A stretch of DNA of 64,000 bases from a virus, in IMG/VR virus record IMGVR_UViG_3300020424_000652; one strand, written 5' to 3'. Position 1 is the first letter of the stretch. Every line of letters starts with the position of its first letter. Under the pieces are notes generated by a model. It was not told the origin of the DNA, searched no databases, and worked only from the letters and a program-made list of their open reading frames with translations. The translations under genes and the position numbers were made by a program. Of this stretch, positions 11,901 through 20,459 are shown in pieces.

Positions 11901-13314
11901 CTCTCATACGTTCAATAGCATCAGTACCAAAATCAAATGGTCTAATTCTCATTTCACCTTGATCAATGAAAATTTGTAAATCGTCAGTTGAATGATATAA
12001 AGGTATTCTTTCTACAGTTGGTAAACTGTCTAAACCATTAGCAATTACACTGGTAGTAATTTCAAAAAGTTGTGTTACTCTTGTTGTCACACCAGCTTCT
12101 GGTAAAGATAAAAGTGTGTTTTGTGCAACAGCACTTCCACCTGACTGTAAAGTTGTCCAAGTTGTGTTTGTTAATACATATCCGTTAATTAAATCCTTAA
12201 GCCAGTTTCTAATGGTCGTTTCAGGAGTTCTTGTTCCTGTTATCAACGGTGTTGTTTGTACCCAATATGTTTTTGCTTGATCATATGTGTAACCATTGCC
12301 GCCATATTTTATATCATTGACCAAAGCAGTAAGTTCTTGATTAATGTCTCTTTCCATCGCAACGGAATTATAACTGTAACCGTCAAACGTTGATCCTGCT
12401 GTTGCTGTTGAAACTGCATTGGCCACATAAGCCAAAGTTTCCTTCTTCAAGAAGTTCATGTTTGCATTTAGTACTGCTATTGCATTTGGAGAATACTCAA
12501 CGTTGTCTGTATCTTTCTTAAGATAAACTGTTGTTACTGTTCCTGTTTTTTCTAAGAATTTAGGAAAGTCTTCTTCAATACCTTTTGTTAATTTGTCAGT
12601 GTCATCTGTTTGGTATTGTACAGTTGCACCTAATTCTGGATCACTAAAATTAAACAACACTTCGTTGTTTGTAGTGTCTGTCATTAACAATAAATCATTT
12701 GTTGGAATACGTGTTTGCATTTTCACACTTGAAATTTTTGATCTGTCAAGTGCAGGAACATTATCAAGACCGTTTTGAATAACGTCTGTGATAATTGCCA
12801 TCAATGCAGTAATTCTAGTATCTGCTCCTGATTCATATGCAATACCTGAATTTGTGTATTGTGTTGTTACCACAGGACTTTGTTTTGTTGTGTAAGCTGT
12901 TTGTGGTAAAATGTAATTGTTAATTAAACTTACAATAAAGTTTTTGGTTAAAATTTCTGGTTGTCTATCACCATCAAGCTGTGGTGTTGAGTTGATCCAA
13001 TACTTACTTGCTAGATATCTTGCCTGTGCATTTCCACCATAACGCAAATCAAATATTACACCACCGTTTCCATCAGTGCCTTCTAAATTGTATCCTGTAT
13101 CTCTTTCACACTTGGGAGAATTGTATGTATAGTTGTACCAAGGGCTACTTGAATTACCTGCATTAAGAGTAACCTGTTCAGCAATCCAACCAACAGCTTC
13201 GTCTTTGATAAATTCAATGTTATTTTTTATTAGCTCATAAGCATTAGGATACCTATTACCTGAAAGTGGAATTCCCGGTTGAAATATATACGTATCTATC
13301 TTTTGTTTAGCCAT
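5938..13314 (-). CDS. Giant modular virion structural / tail-fibre-like protein (2458 aa)
   Basis: Gly/Thr/Ser-rich beta composition, tandem ~70-aa repeats (LGGxSPANDxTITV), repeated helical module (YNSxKCERD...DxxYGGN...YW); located in the structural region. Confidence 0.7.
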   Translation of the reverse strand: MAKQKIDTYIFQPGIPLSGNRYPNAYELIKNNIEFIKDEAVGWIAEQVTLNAGNSSSPWYNYTYNSPKCERDTGYNLEGTDGNGGVIFDLRYGGNAQARYLASKYWINSTPQLDGDRQPEILTKNFIVSLINNYILPQTAYTTKQSPVVTTQYTNSGIAYESGADTRITALMAIITDVIQNGLDNVPALDRSKISSVKMQTRIPTNDLLLMTDTTNNEVLFNFSDPELGATVQYQTDDTDKLTKGIEEDFPKFLEKTGTVTTVYLKKDTDNVEYSPNAIAVLNANMNFLKKETLAYVANAVSTATAGSTFDGYSYNSVAMERDINQELTALVNDIKYGGNGYTYDQAKTYWVQTTPLITGTRTPETTIRNWLKDLINGYVLTNTTWTTLQSGGSAVAQNTLLSLPEAGVTTRVTQLFEITTSVIANGLDSLPTVERIPLYHSTDDLQIFIDQGEMRIRPFDFGTDAIERMRVSNSVSMLDADFEYGLQPTKWQAIAMQRGYPSIYEVPGTDKVVASVKTDASTGTGGVGQSLITVTTVGGHGITAGTPITIKALENSIQGASRAEGSFIVSTVPTASTFTYFAKSKVGTANNQVLSTYYTQLREGGFYTGAAIGVPTFTILSQGTAGVFTNPLGALNGSDKVTWIGNTPEIGAPMQNVSGQIATVNTYSAASASRTPGTYTVTNATSSSVTAELIVGTMTVTIDGSGAGIASNFLGGRNNAVGDTITVPDASIGGGGAPDLTFLVASVNAGTGVASGAQVTVVTGSGGEIATLSVAADYAAGVNQIAVSDVTGILAGQAIDRGDGNAIHVSSVSGNNVNLDGNTTSPIVGNNVNYTGLAGTNVNPTGTGATFDIDRAGGNYTAVLNGTGGDNYLVGDVIIVLGNLLGGQTGTNDCRITVDSIDSSGSVVTFTATGSAFDGTGSYSNVAGSNLNGNGLGAIFDLTYTNNTYSVSLAQPTYANNGTGVTQGGTGTGAAWDITLANNNYTVAENSGATDAGYVVGDAIRINGTEFGGDATNDLTISITGVDGSGGITSFTSAGSGPDASNSFTEPSYTYGGVGTDAAVNVNFTGSTYGVTLVNAGSGYSASETLVIAGTNLGGQSPANDATVTIDSVDGSGVITAISITGTAVNSRSYTNITSGQNLVGAAATFNVTVNYNNSYTVTQGNEPGTNYANGNTIIIAGNNLGGTSPANDLTITVTGINAGTGAITSFSSSGTAADATSGYAAGDRLKILGSNIGGASPANDAIVKVDAVSGTGRINTISVTGTAPDATESYNNPAYTSNTVGGADATFNVTRLDTSYSASVVVGGTGYLAGEEFVILGSNLGGVDVTNNATITISAVDASTGEITGVTIAGTALDTKTVTQLSQFDGEAINQVGSTGTFDVVLNAGSYTVTVNTPGAGYYVDQSIRIQGTTLGGASPANDVTITISSVDASGAITGITATGTAPGGTASYTAIGGQNLQNTGEQATFNVTRNGGAYSTATVALDGINYQVGNKIKLVGSSVGGTDVTNDVIINVTEVATDGGIISVTSSGTAVAGTVVKTYSTVTMSENLVAAVPQNYTLQFAALATVEVSFTTAHGLIPGDSFLVTVSTDDGSNNHTLLEGPFFAQQVPTTTTLRYQCRAAGAISDVNDINAILYPRPDSFFVHRPYDGGVQLGTGGPQHGAQAIRQSKKYIRYQSGKGIMYTTGALFAPSYDLLTVTADAVTSGSFINVTTDDVDHGLQVGGQIRLIGIETPGYNGDYTVSAIVSEREFKVIAQTDLGATTPILSPKAQVSLLYWHGATVRSGAFDDQNGIFMEYDGANYNAVQRTATLQLSGTISLGVDSNAVTGIGTRFRDQVKAGDRVVIKGMTHVVSQVTSQTSMNVTPDFRGVTPASGAKICLVADKKSKQADFNGDVLDGTGSSGYILDISKMQMIGIQYSWYGAGFIDWMLRGDDGNFIFYHRMRNSNVNTEAFMRTGNMPVRYEVTNEGPNDRLGAAMDATQTTIPLEDASFFPPGGGTVIIDNEMIQYTGITGDTLTGCTRSAPLTNFAAGATRTYTAGVAAEHTARTGVILISNTITPIISHWGSAFQTDGGFDSDRGYIFSYTSTGNVISSTRNTVFMLRLAPSVSNAIVGDLGERELLNRAQLLLEGIEITSDGVDGSGNPIVGGIVVEGILNPQNYPLDPGDVGWSPLTGAAAGGQPSFAQVAPGGSVVWSTGETQVLRNATTTAEMTNDLVASYNRNNTNYHFFTNASWNLVSSEVSTGNTVTATSNAQSGSSDFPDGTTITDIYEYYNPKLMRFSNRNTATISNGETVTVSINPTGALDKTNYLYFTKASWEATGAIAGTEVSDSKFPGGTYVSGVQGPSTYGGVEYYRVTFTQSSLQNITAGTTVSFLFGQPPYALPGETVFSFIATPGEQSSLMLGTLKELTNTTLGGRGTFPNGPDVLAINVYKASGASTNANIIIRWGEAQA
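8700..10775 (-). repeat. Eight ~70-aa protein repeat units (seven intact, one split) in the 2458-aa protein
   Basis: Recurrent GAxFxV...Y...GxGYxxGDxIxIxGxxLGGxxxxNDxxITVxxVDxxGxI...GTA. Boundaries are approximate. Confidence 0.8.
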
Positions 13315-13317
13315 TTA

Positions 13318-14349
13318 TTAACTTCCCAATGCTATTGCTAGTGCAGTTGCTCTGCTGTCTACATATCTTTTGTTTGCAACATTAGTCTTTAATGTAGGGG
13401 TTGCCTGCACCTTTGCACTAGTAAATTCTGCCGTAGTTGGCGTTGTATCACCAATTACTGTATTATTTATCGTACCTGCGGTTGCTGTAAGACTGTTTGT
13501 TTTCACTATTCCAGGCGTTGTAACACCTATATTCATGTTGTCAATTGTGCCTCCAGCCGCTGGATTTACCATAAGTGTACCAGCACTACCAGTTGGAGCA
13601 ATTCTTATATCAGCGTTTGTGCCTGAAAGTGTAACATTATCCAATGCAGTTAACCTTTGAGCAGTGATATCCATGTTGCTAATGGTACCGCCATTTGATG
13701 GATTTATAACGACTGTTCCTGAACTGCCTGTTGGTGACAATGTGATCACAGCATTTTCACCCTGTGCTGTGATGTTACCTGTTGTTAAAATACTTGAAAA
13801 ACTTCCAACTCCAGTGATTGTTGGATCAATTATTGTAAAAGTACCAATTGGATTGTTGTCTCCATCTGCATAATACAAAGTATTAGGAGCATTTGTTGGT
13901 ACAGTAAAAGTCACCTTGCCTGAAAACAATCCTTGTGCTTCAGAACCTTCTTTTTTAGTTGATTGATCTGTGCTTAAATGTGTTACACCGGTATCATAAG
14001 CTGTGTAACCTCCACTGTCTGCCTGCACAATGTTGAATGTTAAGTTACCAAGTGTTTGTCCTGCTTGGTTTGTTGTTCTTAAAATTAAGTTGAATACGTA
14101 TGCACTACCTCTGGTCAATGTAACACCAGGATTTGATTTTAATTGTGTTGTGCTACCTGGTTCAAATTCACCATCAAATGTAAAATTACCACCAGCATCT
14201 CTTACCACATAGTCACCAGATACATCAGTTGTTTCTTCTGTGACAGTATAAGTTACACTTCTTAGTGTAACGTTACCTGCTTCATCAACTGTGAATCCAG
14301 GTGATTTGAATCCATGTTGTGCTTCAAAGGGTGATTTAACAACAGCCAT
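13318..14349 (-). CDS. Virion structural / fibre-associated protein
   Basis: LTRGSAYVF...VTFTVPTNAPNTLYY domain, GGTIDNMNIG fibre-type repeats, C-terminal ANKRYVD...AIALG. Confidence 0.6.
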   Translation of the reverse strand: MAVVKSPFEAQHGFKSPGFTVDEAGNVTLRSVTYTVTEETTDVSGDYVVRDAGGNFTFDGEFEPGSTTQLKSNPGVTLTRGSAYVFNLILRTTNQAGQTLGNLTFNIVQADSGGYTAYDTGVTHLSTDQSTKKEGSEAQGLFSGKVTFTVPTNAPNTLYYADGDNNPIGTFTIIDPTITGVGSFSSILTTGNITAQGENAVITLSPTGSSGTVVINPSNGGTISNMDITAQRLTALDNVTLSGTNADIRIAPTGSAGTLMVNPAAGGTIDNMNIGVTTPGIVKTNSLTATAGTINNTVIGDTTPTTAEFTSAKVQATPTLKTNVANKRYVDSRATALAIALGS

Positions 14350-14378
14350 TACAGTTCTCCATACATATTTATCTGCAT

Positions 14379-16070
14379 TTAACTCACCACTATTAATCCG
14401 TGCATAGCACTATGATATTGACAGTTGTAATGATACGTGCCTGTGGTATTTGGTGTCCAAGTTATGTTGCCACTTGTGGCTCCTTGTCCCGTTGCCGCTG
14501 GTGTTGTTACCTGATAAGCTGTACCAGTACTGTTGGTTGTTTTCAAAAACACCGGATGTCCTGGTGCATTTACAGTAATTGTTAAATTGTCATTTGTGTT
14601 AATATTGATCTGTGCATTGTTTCCGCTCACAGCACCATTTCTATCTGTGCCTGACAGTGAATAAGCACCTGCACCAACATTTGTCATTGTGATGGTGTAG
14701 TTGTTACCTGGTGTTATGCTGGTATCATTGATGCCCACATTGATTGTTGCTTCACCATTGTCTAATGCAATGGTAAAAGTTTCTGCACCTTCAGTGGTTG
14801 CATCTGCTGTGACATTGAATACTCTTGATTCTTGTGAACCAACAATGAAGTCTCCTGTCAACGCACCGCCACCTATGTCTGCACTTTGTATTCCTGTAAT
14901 GGTGTATGGTAAACTGGTTCCATTGGCCACATTGGTTGTTGTAAGAGTGATTGTGAACGCACCACCTTCATTAACACTTGATGAACTGGTTGATAATGCG
15001 TAACTTGGCACAGCCGCCGCCTGTGAAGTGTCAGCTATGATTACCTGTGCCTGTGCTTCACCATTGTCCAATGCTATATTGAAACTTTCAACACCTTCTG
15101 TTGTGGTATCTTCTGCCAACGTGAAGTCAAAAAAGTCTGTTGTGCCTACCACGAATGTGCCAGTCAACGATCCTGTGGTTAAATCATTAGCATCAATGCC
15201 AGTCACTGTGTAATTTAATTGTGTGCCTGCTGTGACATTTGTGGTTGCAAGTGTGATTCTAAATGTGCCACCTTCATCAACGTTGGATAGGTTACTGCTC
15301 AATTGATATGTGATGGCAGGTGTTTGTGATGTGTCATTGATTGACACAGCCGCACTGGTTGTCTTGCCATCAAGTGTCATGGTAAATGTTTCAGTTCCTT
15401 CAGATTGAAGATCAGCTGTGACTGGATATGTGAAAGTTTCCGTTTGGCCAACTATAAAGTTTCCTGTCAAATTTGCACCACCTATATCTGCACTTTGTAC
15501 ACCAGTGATAGTGAACGGAACCACTGTGCCTGCATTTACATTTGTTGTGATCAATGTTATGTTGAATGATCCACCTTCGTTTACACTTGAAGTTGAACGT
15601 GAAAGTGTGTATGTTGGTGAATATGCACTTGCACTTGATCCAGCAATAACAGGTCCTGGTTCATTCAGTGTTGCATAGTAGTTTGCACTATGTATGATTT
15701 TTGCTCCAACGATTGCTGAAGAGTCATCTTGAATTCTTGGATATGCCATCAGTTTAAAATAAGCATCTGTTACTTCAACTTCAAGCTGTAATAAATCGTC
15801 TCCTAGATTACTACGGCCATAGATCACTATGTTTGCTGTGCTTGTACTTGCTGTACATAAGCATTTTATTATCTCTTTACGTGCTGAATTAACATCACAA
15901 GCAATGGTGTATTCAACGCCAAAATAAGAGCCCACATACCAACGATCTATCTCAGTTCCTGCCTCCACAAGTGTAGCTGATGGGCCTGCATAAGCCAGGT
16001 TAGCACCATCTCTGAATTCAACTGTGTTGTTTTGTCCTCTACGTAGGAACTTTGATATGTCAAAAGCCAT
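14379..16070 (-). CDS. Virion surface protein with three Calx-beta-like repeats and a C-terminal cupredoxin-like domain
   Basis: Three ~100-aa repeats (YxLSxSxSSVNEGGxFxITLxTTNV...ADxxxEGxETFxxxLD...IxDTS). The C-terminus has GHP...YNCQYHSAMHG. Confidence 0.7.
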   Translation of the reverse strand: MAFDISKFLRRGQNNTVEFRDGANLAYAGPSATLVEAGTEIDRWYVGSYFGVEYTIACDVNSARKEIIKCLCTASTSTANIVIYGRSNLGDDLLQLEVEVTDAYFKLMAYPRIQDDSSAIVGAKIIHSANYYATLNEPGPVIAGSSASAYSPTYTLSRSTSSVNEGGSFNITLITTNVNAGTVVPFTITGVQSADIGGANLTGNFIVGQTETFTYPVTADLQSEGTETFTMTLDGKTTSAAVSINDTSQTPAITYQLSSNLSNVDEGGTFRITLATTNVTAGTQLNYTVTGIDANDLTTGSLTGTFVVGTTDFFDFTLAEDTTTEGVESFNIALDNGEAQAQVIIADTSQAAAVPSYALSTSSSSVNEGGAFTITLTTTNVANGTSLPYTITGIQSADIGGGALTGDFIVGSQESRVFNVTADATTEGAETFTIALDNGEATINVGINDTSITPGNNYTITMTNVGAGAYSLSGTDRNGAVSGNNAQININTNDNLTITVNAPGHPVFLKTTNSTGTAYQVTTPAATGQGATSGNITWTPNTTGTYHYNCQYHSAMHGLIVVS

Positions 16071-16125
16071 TAATAATCCTCTTTAGTATATTTACCTAAT
16101 TAACAGAGGTCACTGCTCAAAACCG

Positions 16126-16180
16126 TTTTACCGCTTTTTACCGCTTCGCGGTCCTTAAAATGCTTTTTACCGCTCCGCGG
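16126..16180 (-). repeat. Three TTTTACCGCT direct repeats with two CCGC-GNA-GCGG mini-hairpins
   Basis: Repeats at 16126, 16136 and 16165. Minus-strand hairpins ACCGC-GAA-GCGGT (16140-16152) and CCGC-GGA-GCGG (16170-16180). Confidence 0.75.
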
Positions 16181-16802
16181 ATTCCCGCATAATACCCAAG
16201 TACCACATATCTAACGGATACTGTTTACTTGCAAAATCATGTGTAATTTTTAAATTATTTTTTTGCAACATTGGCTCGAAAATGTTAGGATTAGATCCCC
16301 ATACATTTTCAGCTAACACTATTATACCATCTTTTGACAAATAATCACCTACATTATCAAAAAAATCTTTGTGTATTTTCCAGTCTTTGTCTTTGTATTT
16401 TCTTGGATCATCATAATGTTGCACATATGGGTCCATGTTAAAATGAGGAGGATTTGCAACAATCAAATCAAAAGTTTGTTTGGGTATTTCTTTAAAATTA
16501 TCACTCAAGAAAAACTGTGCATTATGGTCTAAATTATTTGCAAGTATAGTTTGTAAAACAGCTGGTTTGTTTGGCTCCCAAATATCTGACAAAGTTATCT
16601 TTTCAACCACTCCTGTAAACAATAAACCAAATCCCCAGAAGCCCGGGCCACTACACCATTCAAGTGCATTAAAAAATTTTCTATCTCCTGATATAAAACT
16701 GGTGGCATCAAGAAAATCATCAATCATTGTGTTACCACAACCATCAATTTCGTCAGTCCAGTAAATTTTTTTGTCGAAGTATTGGGTATGTTTATCCGGC
16801 AT
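16167..16802 (-). CDS. Class I SAM-dependent methyltransferase (NPPx type)
   Basis: ALEWCSGPGFWG motif I and FDLIVANPPHF motif IV. Confidence 0.8.
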   Translation of the reverse strand: MPDKHTQYFDKKIYWTDEIDGCGNTMIDDFLDATSFISGDRKFFNALEWCSGPGFWGFGLLFTGVVEKITLSDIWEPNKPAVLQTILANNLDHNAQFFLSDNFKEIPKQTFDLIVANPPHFNMDPYVQHYDDPRKYKDKDWKIHKDFFDNVGDYLSKDGIIVLAENVWGSNPNIFEPMLQKNNLKITHDFASKQYPLDMWYLGIMRESAER

Positions 16803-18597
16803 TTTTCAATGTAATTAGTTTTTTGTATTCAGGTAGATATAGATATTCAATTTTACTGTTGGCTAATGTGCGTACAGCATCATCTAATGTTTCTACTAAT
16901 GGTTCACCACCCAAATTAAAACTAGTATTGAAAATAATAGGCAAGCCTGTTTCTTTTTTCCATGCTTTAATTAATTTATAATAGTTAGGATTTTGTTTTT
17001 CACTGACTGTTTGTATTCTACAAGTTCCATCAACGTGTATAATTGAAGGAATCTTTTCTGCAATACCATCTTGACAGTTTACTGCATACATCATGGTTGG
17101 TGAAGATTTCATTCCACGTAGATCAAACCAATCAAGAGCGTCTTCTTCAAGTATACTTCCTGCAAAAGGTCTAAAATATTCTCTACGTTTGATTAAATTT
17201 ACATGATCCTTACCATCTGGGTCACTCGGATCATACATTATAGTTCTGTTACCTAATGCACGTGGACCATTTTCTGAACGTCCTTGCCATATAGTACAAA
17301 TATTTCTATCTTTTAAGATTCCTACTACTTTTTCATCGTCAGCATCTTCCCATGTAGCATTATATTTGTTTACTATTTCTTCAATTTCATTTAATGAGTG
17401 ACAATATGCAGGTCCTTCATACAAAGTTTCCTGTTGTTCCTGTCTTGTAATGTCTTTTGTAAGTTTTCTATGCATCAACATAGCGGCACCCATGGCCGTA
17501 CCTGCATCATTAGATACTGGTTCTACGTATATTTCAATATCTGTATCTTTTAAGGCGTCAAGATAGAAATAATTTGCTACACAATTAAGTCCATAACCAC
17601 CACTTATTACAACTTTATTTTTTCCTGTGATTTCTGCGGCTTGTTTTATTAGTTTTGCTACCTGTTCTTGTGTTTCAGTTTGTATTGCATAAGCTAAATC
17701 TCTTCTGTTATCTAATTTACTTACATCTTCGTTATCATGTGTTTGTAAATAATCAAAAAAGTTGTAATTTACGTGAGCACCATTAGGATATGTTGGTACA
17801 ATTAGTTGTCTATCTGGTATAGGCCATAAAGTATCGTCTCTAAAAATTTTAGGACACTTGTCATTGGCTTTTCCATATGGAAATAGTCCCATTGTTTTGC
17901 CTGCTTCAATAAAACTAAAGCCACAGTATTCAGTTACTGCTTCATATGCCTTAACTATTCCTGCATTTTCAGTTAAAAGTACGTCATGTTTGCTATCACT
18001 ACTTTCATCATACAACTCACTTGACATATTTTTTAAATATTGATTAGTCAAAGGACCGTTTGTGCCTAAATGTTTATATTTTGTTGTAAATGTATCAGGA
18101 TAATTACAATCAAAAATAGTTTCTGTTTCCCAAACCGTCATAGGATCTTGACTTGTTTGTAAATCTATAAAAGTACCAGCACCATCTACTATTAATGCCG
18201 CGGCAGTATCAAATCCTGATCTATAAAAGGCACAGGCGGCGTGTAATTTGTGATGGATATGACTCATGTCTACCACTTGTGGGTGTGCTGAGCCGTCATA
18301 TGGCTTTCTACTAATTAATCCTAACTTTCTAGCAAGACCTGTATACACATCATCACCACTGAAATCAACTTTTCCAGCAGTTGCTTGTAAATTTTGTGTA
18401 TGTGCAATTACTAACCAATCAAGTTTGTCAGTATATTCAAGAATTTTAACCATACTTGCATATGGACCACCATCATATTTTTGTCTTGTTAACCTTTCTT
18501 CTTCGATTGCAAAAATTACTTCACCATCTTTTAGAAGACAAACACCTGCATTGTGTCCTCTGGCTATCCCTGCTATCCAAACTGGTTTTTTCTTCAT
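16792..18597 (-). CDS. O-carbamoyltransferase (NodU/CmcH family)
   Basis: EEERLTRQK, HHKLHA, EAGKTMGL, SGGYGLNCVAN, NDAGTAMGAA, GPRALGNR, KRREYFRPFA, HVDGTCRIQTV, NTSFN. Confidence 0.92.
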   Translation of the reverse strand: MKKKPVWIAGIARGHNAGVCLLKDGEVIFAIEEERLTRQKYDGGPYASMVKILEYTDKLDWLVIAHTQNLQATAGKVDFSGDDVYTGLARKLGLISRKPYDGSAHPQVVDMSHIHHKLHAACAFYRSGFDTAAALIVDGAGTFIDLQTSQDPMTVWETETIFDCNYPDTFTTKYKHLGTNGPLTNQYLKNMSSELYDESSDSKHDVLLTENAGIVKAYEAVTEYCGFSFIEAGKTMGLFPYGKANDKCPKIFRDDTLWPIPDRQLIVPTYPNGAHVNYNFFDYLQTHDNEDVSKLDNRRDLAYAIQTETQEQVAKLIKQAAEITGKNKVVISGGYGLNCVANYFYLDALKDTDIEIYVEPVSNDAGTAMGAAMLMHRKLTKDITRQEQQETLYEGPAYCHSLNEIEEIVNKYNATWEDADDEKVVGILKDRNICTIWQGRSENGPRALGNRTIMYDPSDPDGKDHVNLIKRREYFRPFAGSILEEDALDWFDLRGMKSSPTMMYAVNCQDGIAEKIPSIIHVDGTCRIQTVSEKQNPNYYKLIKAWKKETGLPIIFNTSFNLGGEPLVETLDDAVRTLANSKIEYLYLPEYKKLITLKNAG

Positions 18598-19416
18598 TTA
18601 AAATCCTCTATAAGTCCTGTCCCAATTTACGTTTTGCGATATCTTTGCAATAGTGTCCTTATAGTCGTCACTTTTCAAAGCATTAACACTATCTATCAAA
18701 TTTTCTTGATCCAAACTTGGAATCTGGTTGTGATCTTTTACCCAACTCAAGTGTTGTGATGGACTAGGATGTAATTCTATCCATTTATTACCTTGATCAT
18801 CAGTAAACCACCAACTTTCATTTGGCATATTCCAAGCATGAAGACCTAAAGCACAAAGCCAATGTTTACCTTGTAGTATATGCCTGTATTCTTCTAAATT
18901 ATATTCTTGAAATGCGTCTGCAAGTTCGGGAGTATTCCTTAAATTTTCTCCGTGTCCTTTTTGATGTGGAATATCAGTGCCTAAAGTTTTTAAATCACTT
19001 ATGCTTGTGAAATAAAATTCGCAACCTGTTGATTCTAACAGTCCTTTTGTCAATTGTATGTAATTTAGTGTGTGTAAGAAGAATGCCTTCTCATCATAAA
19101 ATGTATCAACCCATTTTTTGTCAAAAATGTCTTCGTTTTGATAACTGAAAACACTACCTTTTGTTTGCCAAGGTTCTTTTTCACTAAATTTTAGATAATC
19201 ATGTCGTAAATGACTTGTCCATTGAACAATAACTTGGTCATTTTTTGTGAATTTGTTTTTTATGTGACATTCTGCAACACGTTCAGCAATAGCTCTGTTG
19301 CCTATTCCTGCATGACCCCAGTTTTCGAAGTGTTCAACTTCTAATCCTAATAGGTCTGCCCATGTTGGCCAATTCCATGAAGTATACGAACAACCGAATG
19401 TAAACAGTCTTCGCAT
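18598..19416 (-). CDS. SGNH/GDSL-hydrolase-like protein
   Basis: FGCSYT block I, NWGHAGIGN, VQWT and a C-terminal ELHPS...H. Confidence 0.6.
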   Translation of the reverse strand: MRRLFTFGCSYTSWNWPTWADLLGLEVEHFENWGHAGIGNRAIAERVAECHIKNKFTKNDQVIVQWTSHLRHDYLKFSEKEPWQTKGSVFSYQNEDIFDKKWVDTFYDEKAFFLHTLNYIQLTKGLLESTGCEFYFTSISDLKTLGTDIPHQKGHGENLRNTPELADAFQEYNLEEYRHILQGKHWLCALGLHAWNMPNESWWFTDDQGNKWIELHPSPSQHLSWVKDHNQIPSLDQENLIDSVNALKSDDYKDTIAKISQNVNWDRTYRGF

Positions 19417-20393
19417 TAATCTTCCTTGTACTTATGGCCTATTCTTTCTTTACCTGTCAAACCGTTTGTAACACTTTGTACAATAATATCTTCTACTTTG
19501 TCATTCATTGCCATAATACCGTCATTGACTCTGTCGGAATATTCGTCATGTGTTAGTCTTATAGGTGAATAGACTCTTGCACCTTCACCCATATCAAGTA
19601 TGTCTATGTTTTCATCACCAGGATAACTTACATTTACCGGATATGTAGAACCTATTACAACTGTTGCTTTCTTTTCTAATGCGTGTACCATGTGTTGTCC
19701 TGAACTATCACAACCTAAAAAGTAATCTGCACTTGCAATAATGCCTGCCCAGTGTCTTAAACTCGCACCCATTGGACTTGCAACTGGTTCTTTGACTTCG
19801 TGTTTATTAAAATCAATACCAAACTCTGCCATATGTATTACGCCAAACTTTTTAGATAATTTTTTTACAATAGCAACGGCATTTTCAGCCTCAAAACTTC
19901 TACCACTGTAATCAGATATCATACCATTTTCATGATGTACTGTTCTGCCAAATGGTTGAAACACTAAAACTTTATCTTTTTTTGTTTTTTCCCTAACTTC
20001 ATCAACTAATTTTTTACCAAACACCATTTCTTCTCTGCTTAATCTGATTCTTGGTCTAGGTAATTCTCTTAATCCTTTGTTGTTTATGGAAATATCATAT
20101 GCTTCTGCAATACTACATTGTTGATTGTAATACTCATACACTCTGTAAGGTTCAGGTGTGATTAAATTTCTTGTTTTTAGTTTATCTTCAAATAAACCTT
20201 TGTGCCAATGATCGTATGCTCTTTTATATAATGTAGGATGTCCTTTGTAAAAGTCTGTGCCACCCTCACATACAATTACAAAATCATCATCTGGATTTTC
20301 CTTTTCAAATAATTCTAATGCAGGAATTGATGCAATAAGTCTACCGGCGCCGCCATTAACAAATATGGCCGAGTTTCTTTTATCTTTTGACAT
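19416..20393 (-). CDS. Glycosyltransferase family 9 (heptosyltransferase-like)
   Basis: NGGAGRLIASIPAL N-terminus, VFQPFG, LRHWAGIIASADYFLGCDSSGQHMVHAL...GST (GT9 DSGxxH-like motif). Confidence 0.7.
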   Translation of the reverse strand: MSKDKRNSAIFVNGGAGRLIASIPALELFEKENPDDDFVIVCEGGTDFYKGHPTLYKRAYDHWHKGLFEDKLKTRNLITPEPYRVYEYYNQQCSIAEAYDISINNKGLRELPRPRIRLSREEMVFGKKLVDEVREKTKKDKVLVFQPFGRTVHHENGMISDYSGRSFEAENAVAIVKKLSKKFGVIHMAEFGIDFNKHEVKEPVASPMGASLRHWAGIIASADYFLGCDSSGQHMVHALEKKATVVIGSTYPVNVSYPGDENIDILDMGEGARVYSPIRLTHDEYSDRVNDGIMAMNDKVEDIIVQSVTNGLTGKERIGHKYKED

Positions 20394-20459
20394 TTATTAT
20401 CCTTTAATATGCGTAATTCAGTGCTTTTTGCACTACACAATTATTTAAAGAATAACGTA

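Noticed and set aside
16120-16180. Diversity-generating retroelement hairpin
   Set aside because: No reverse transcriptase and no TR/VR pair differing at adenines was seen in the window.
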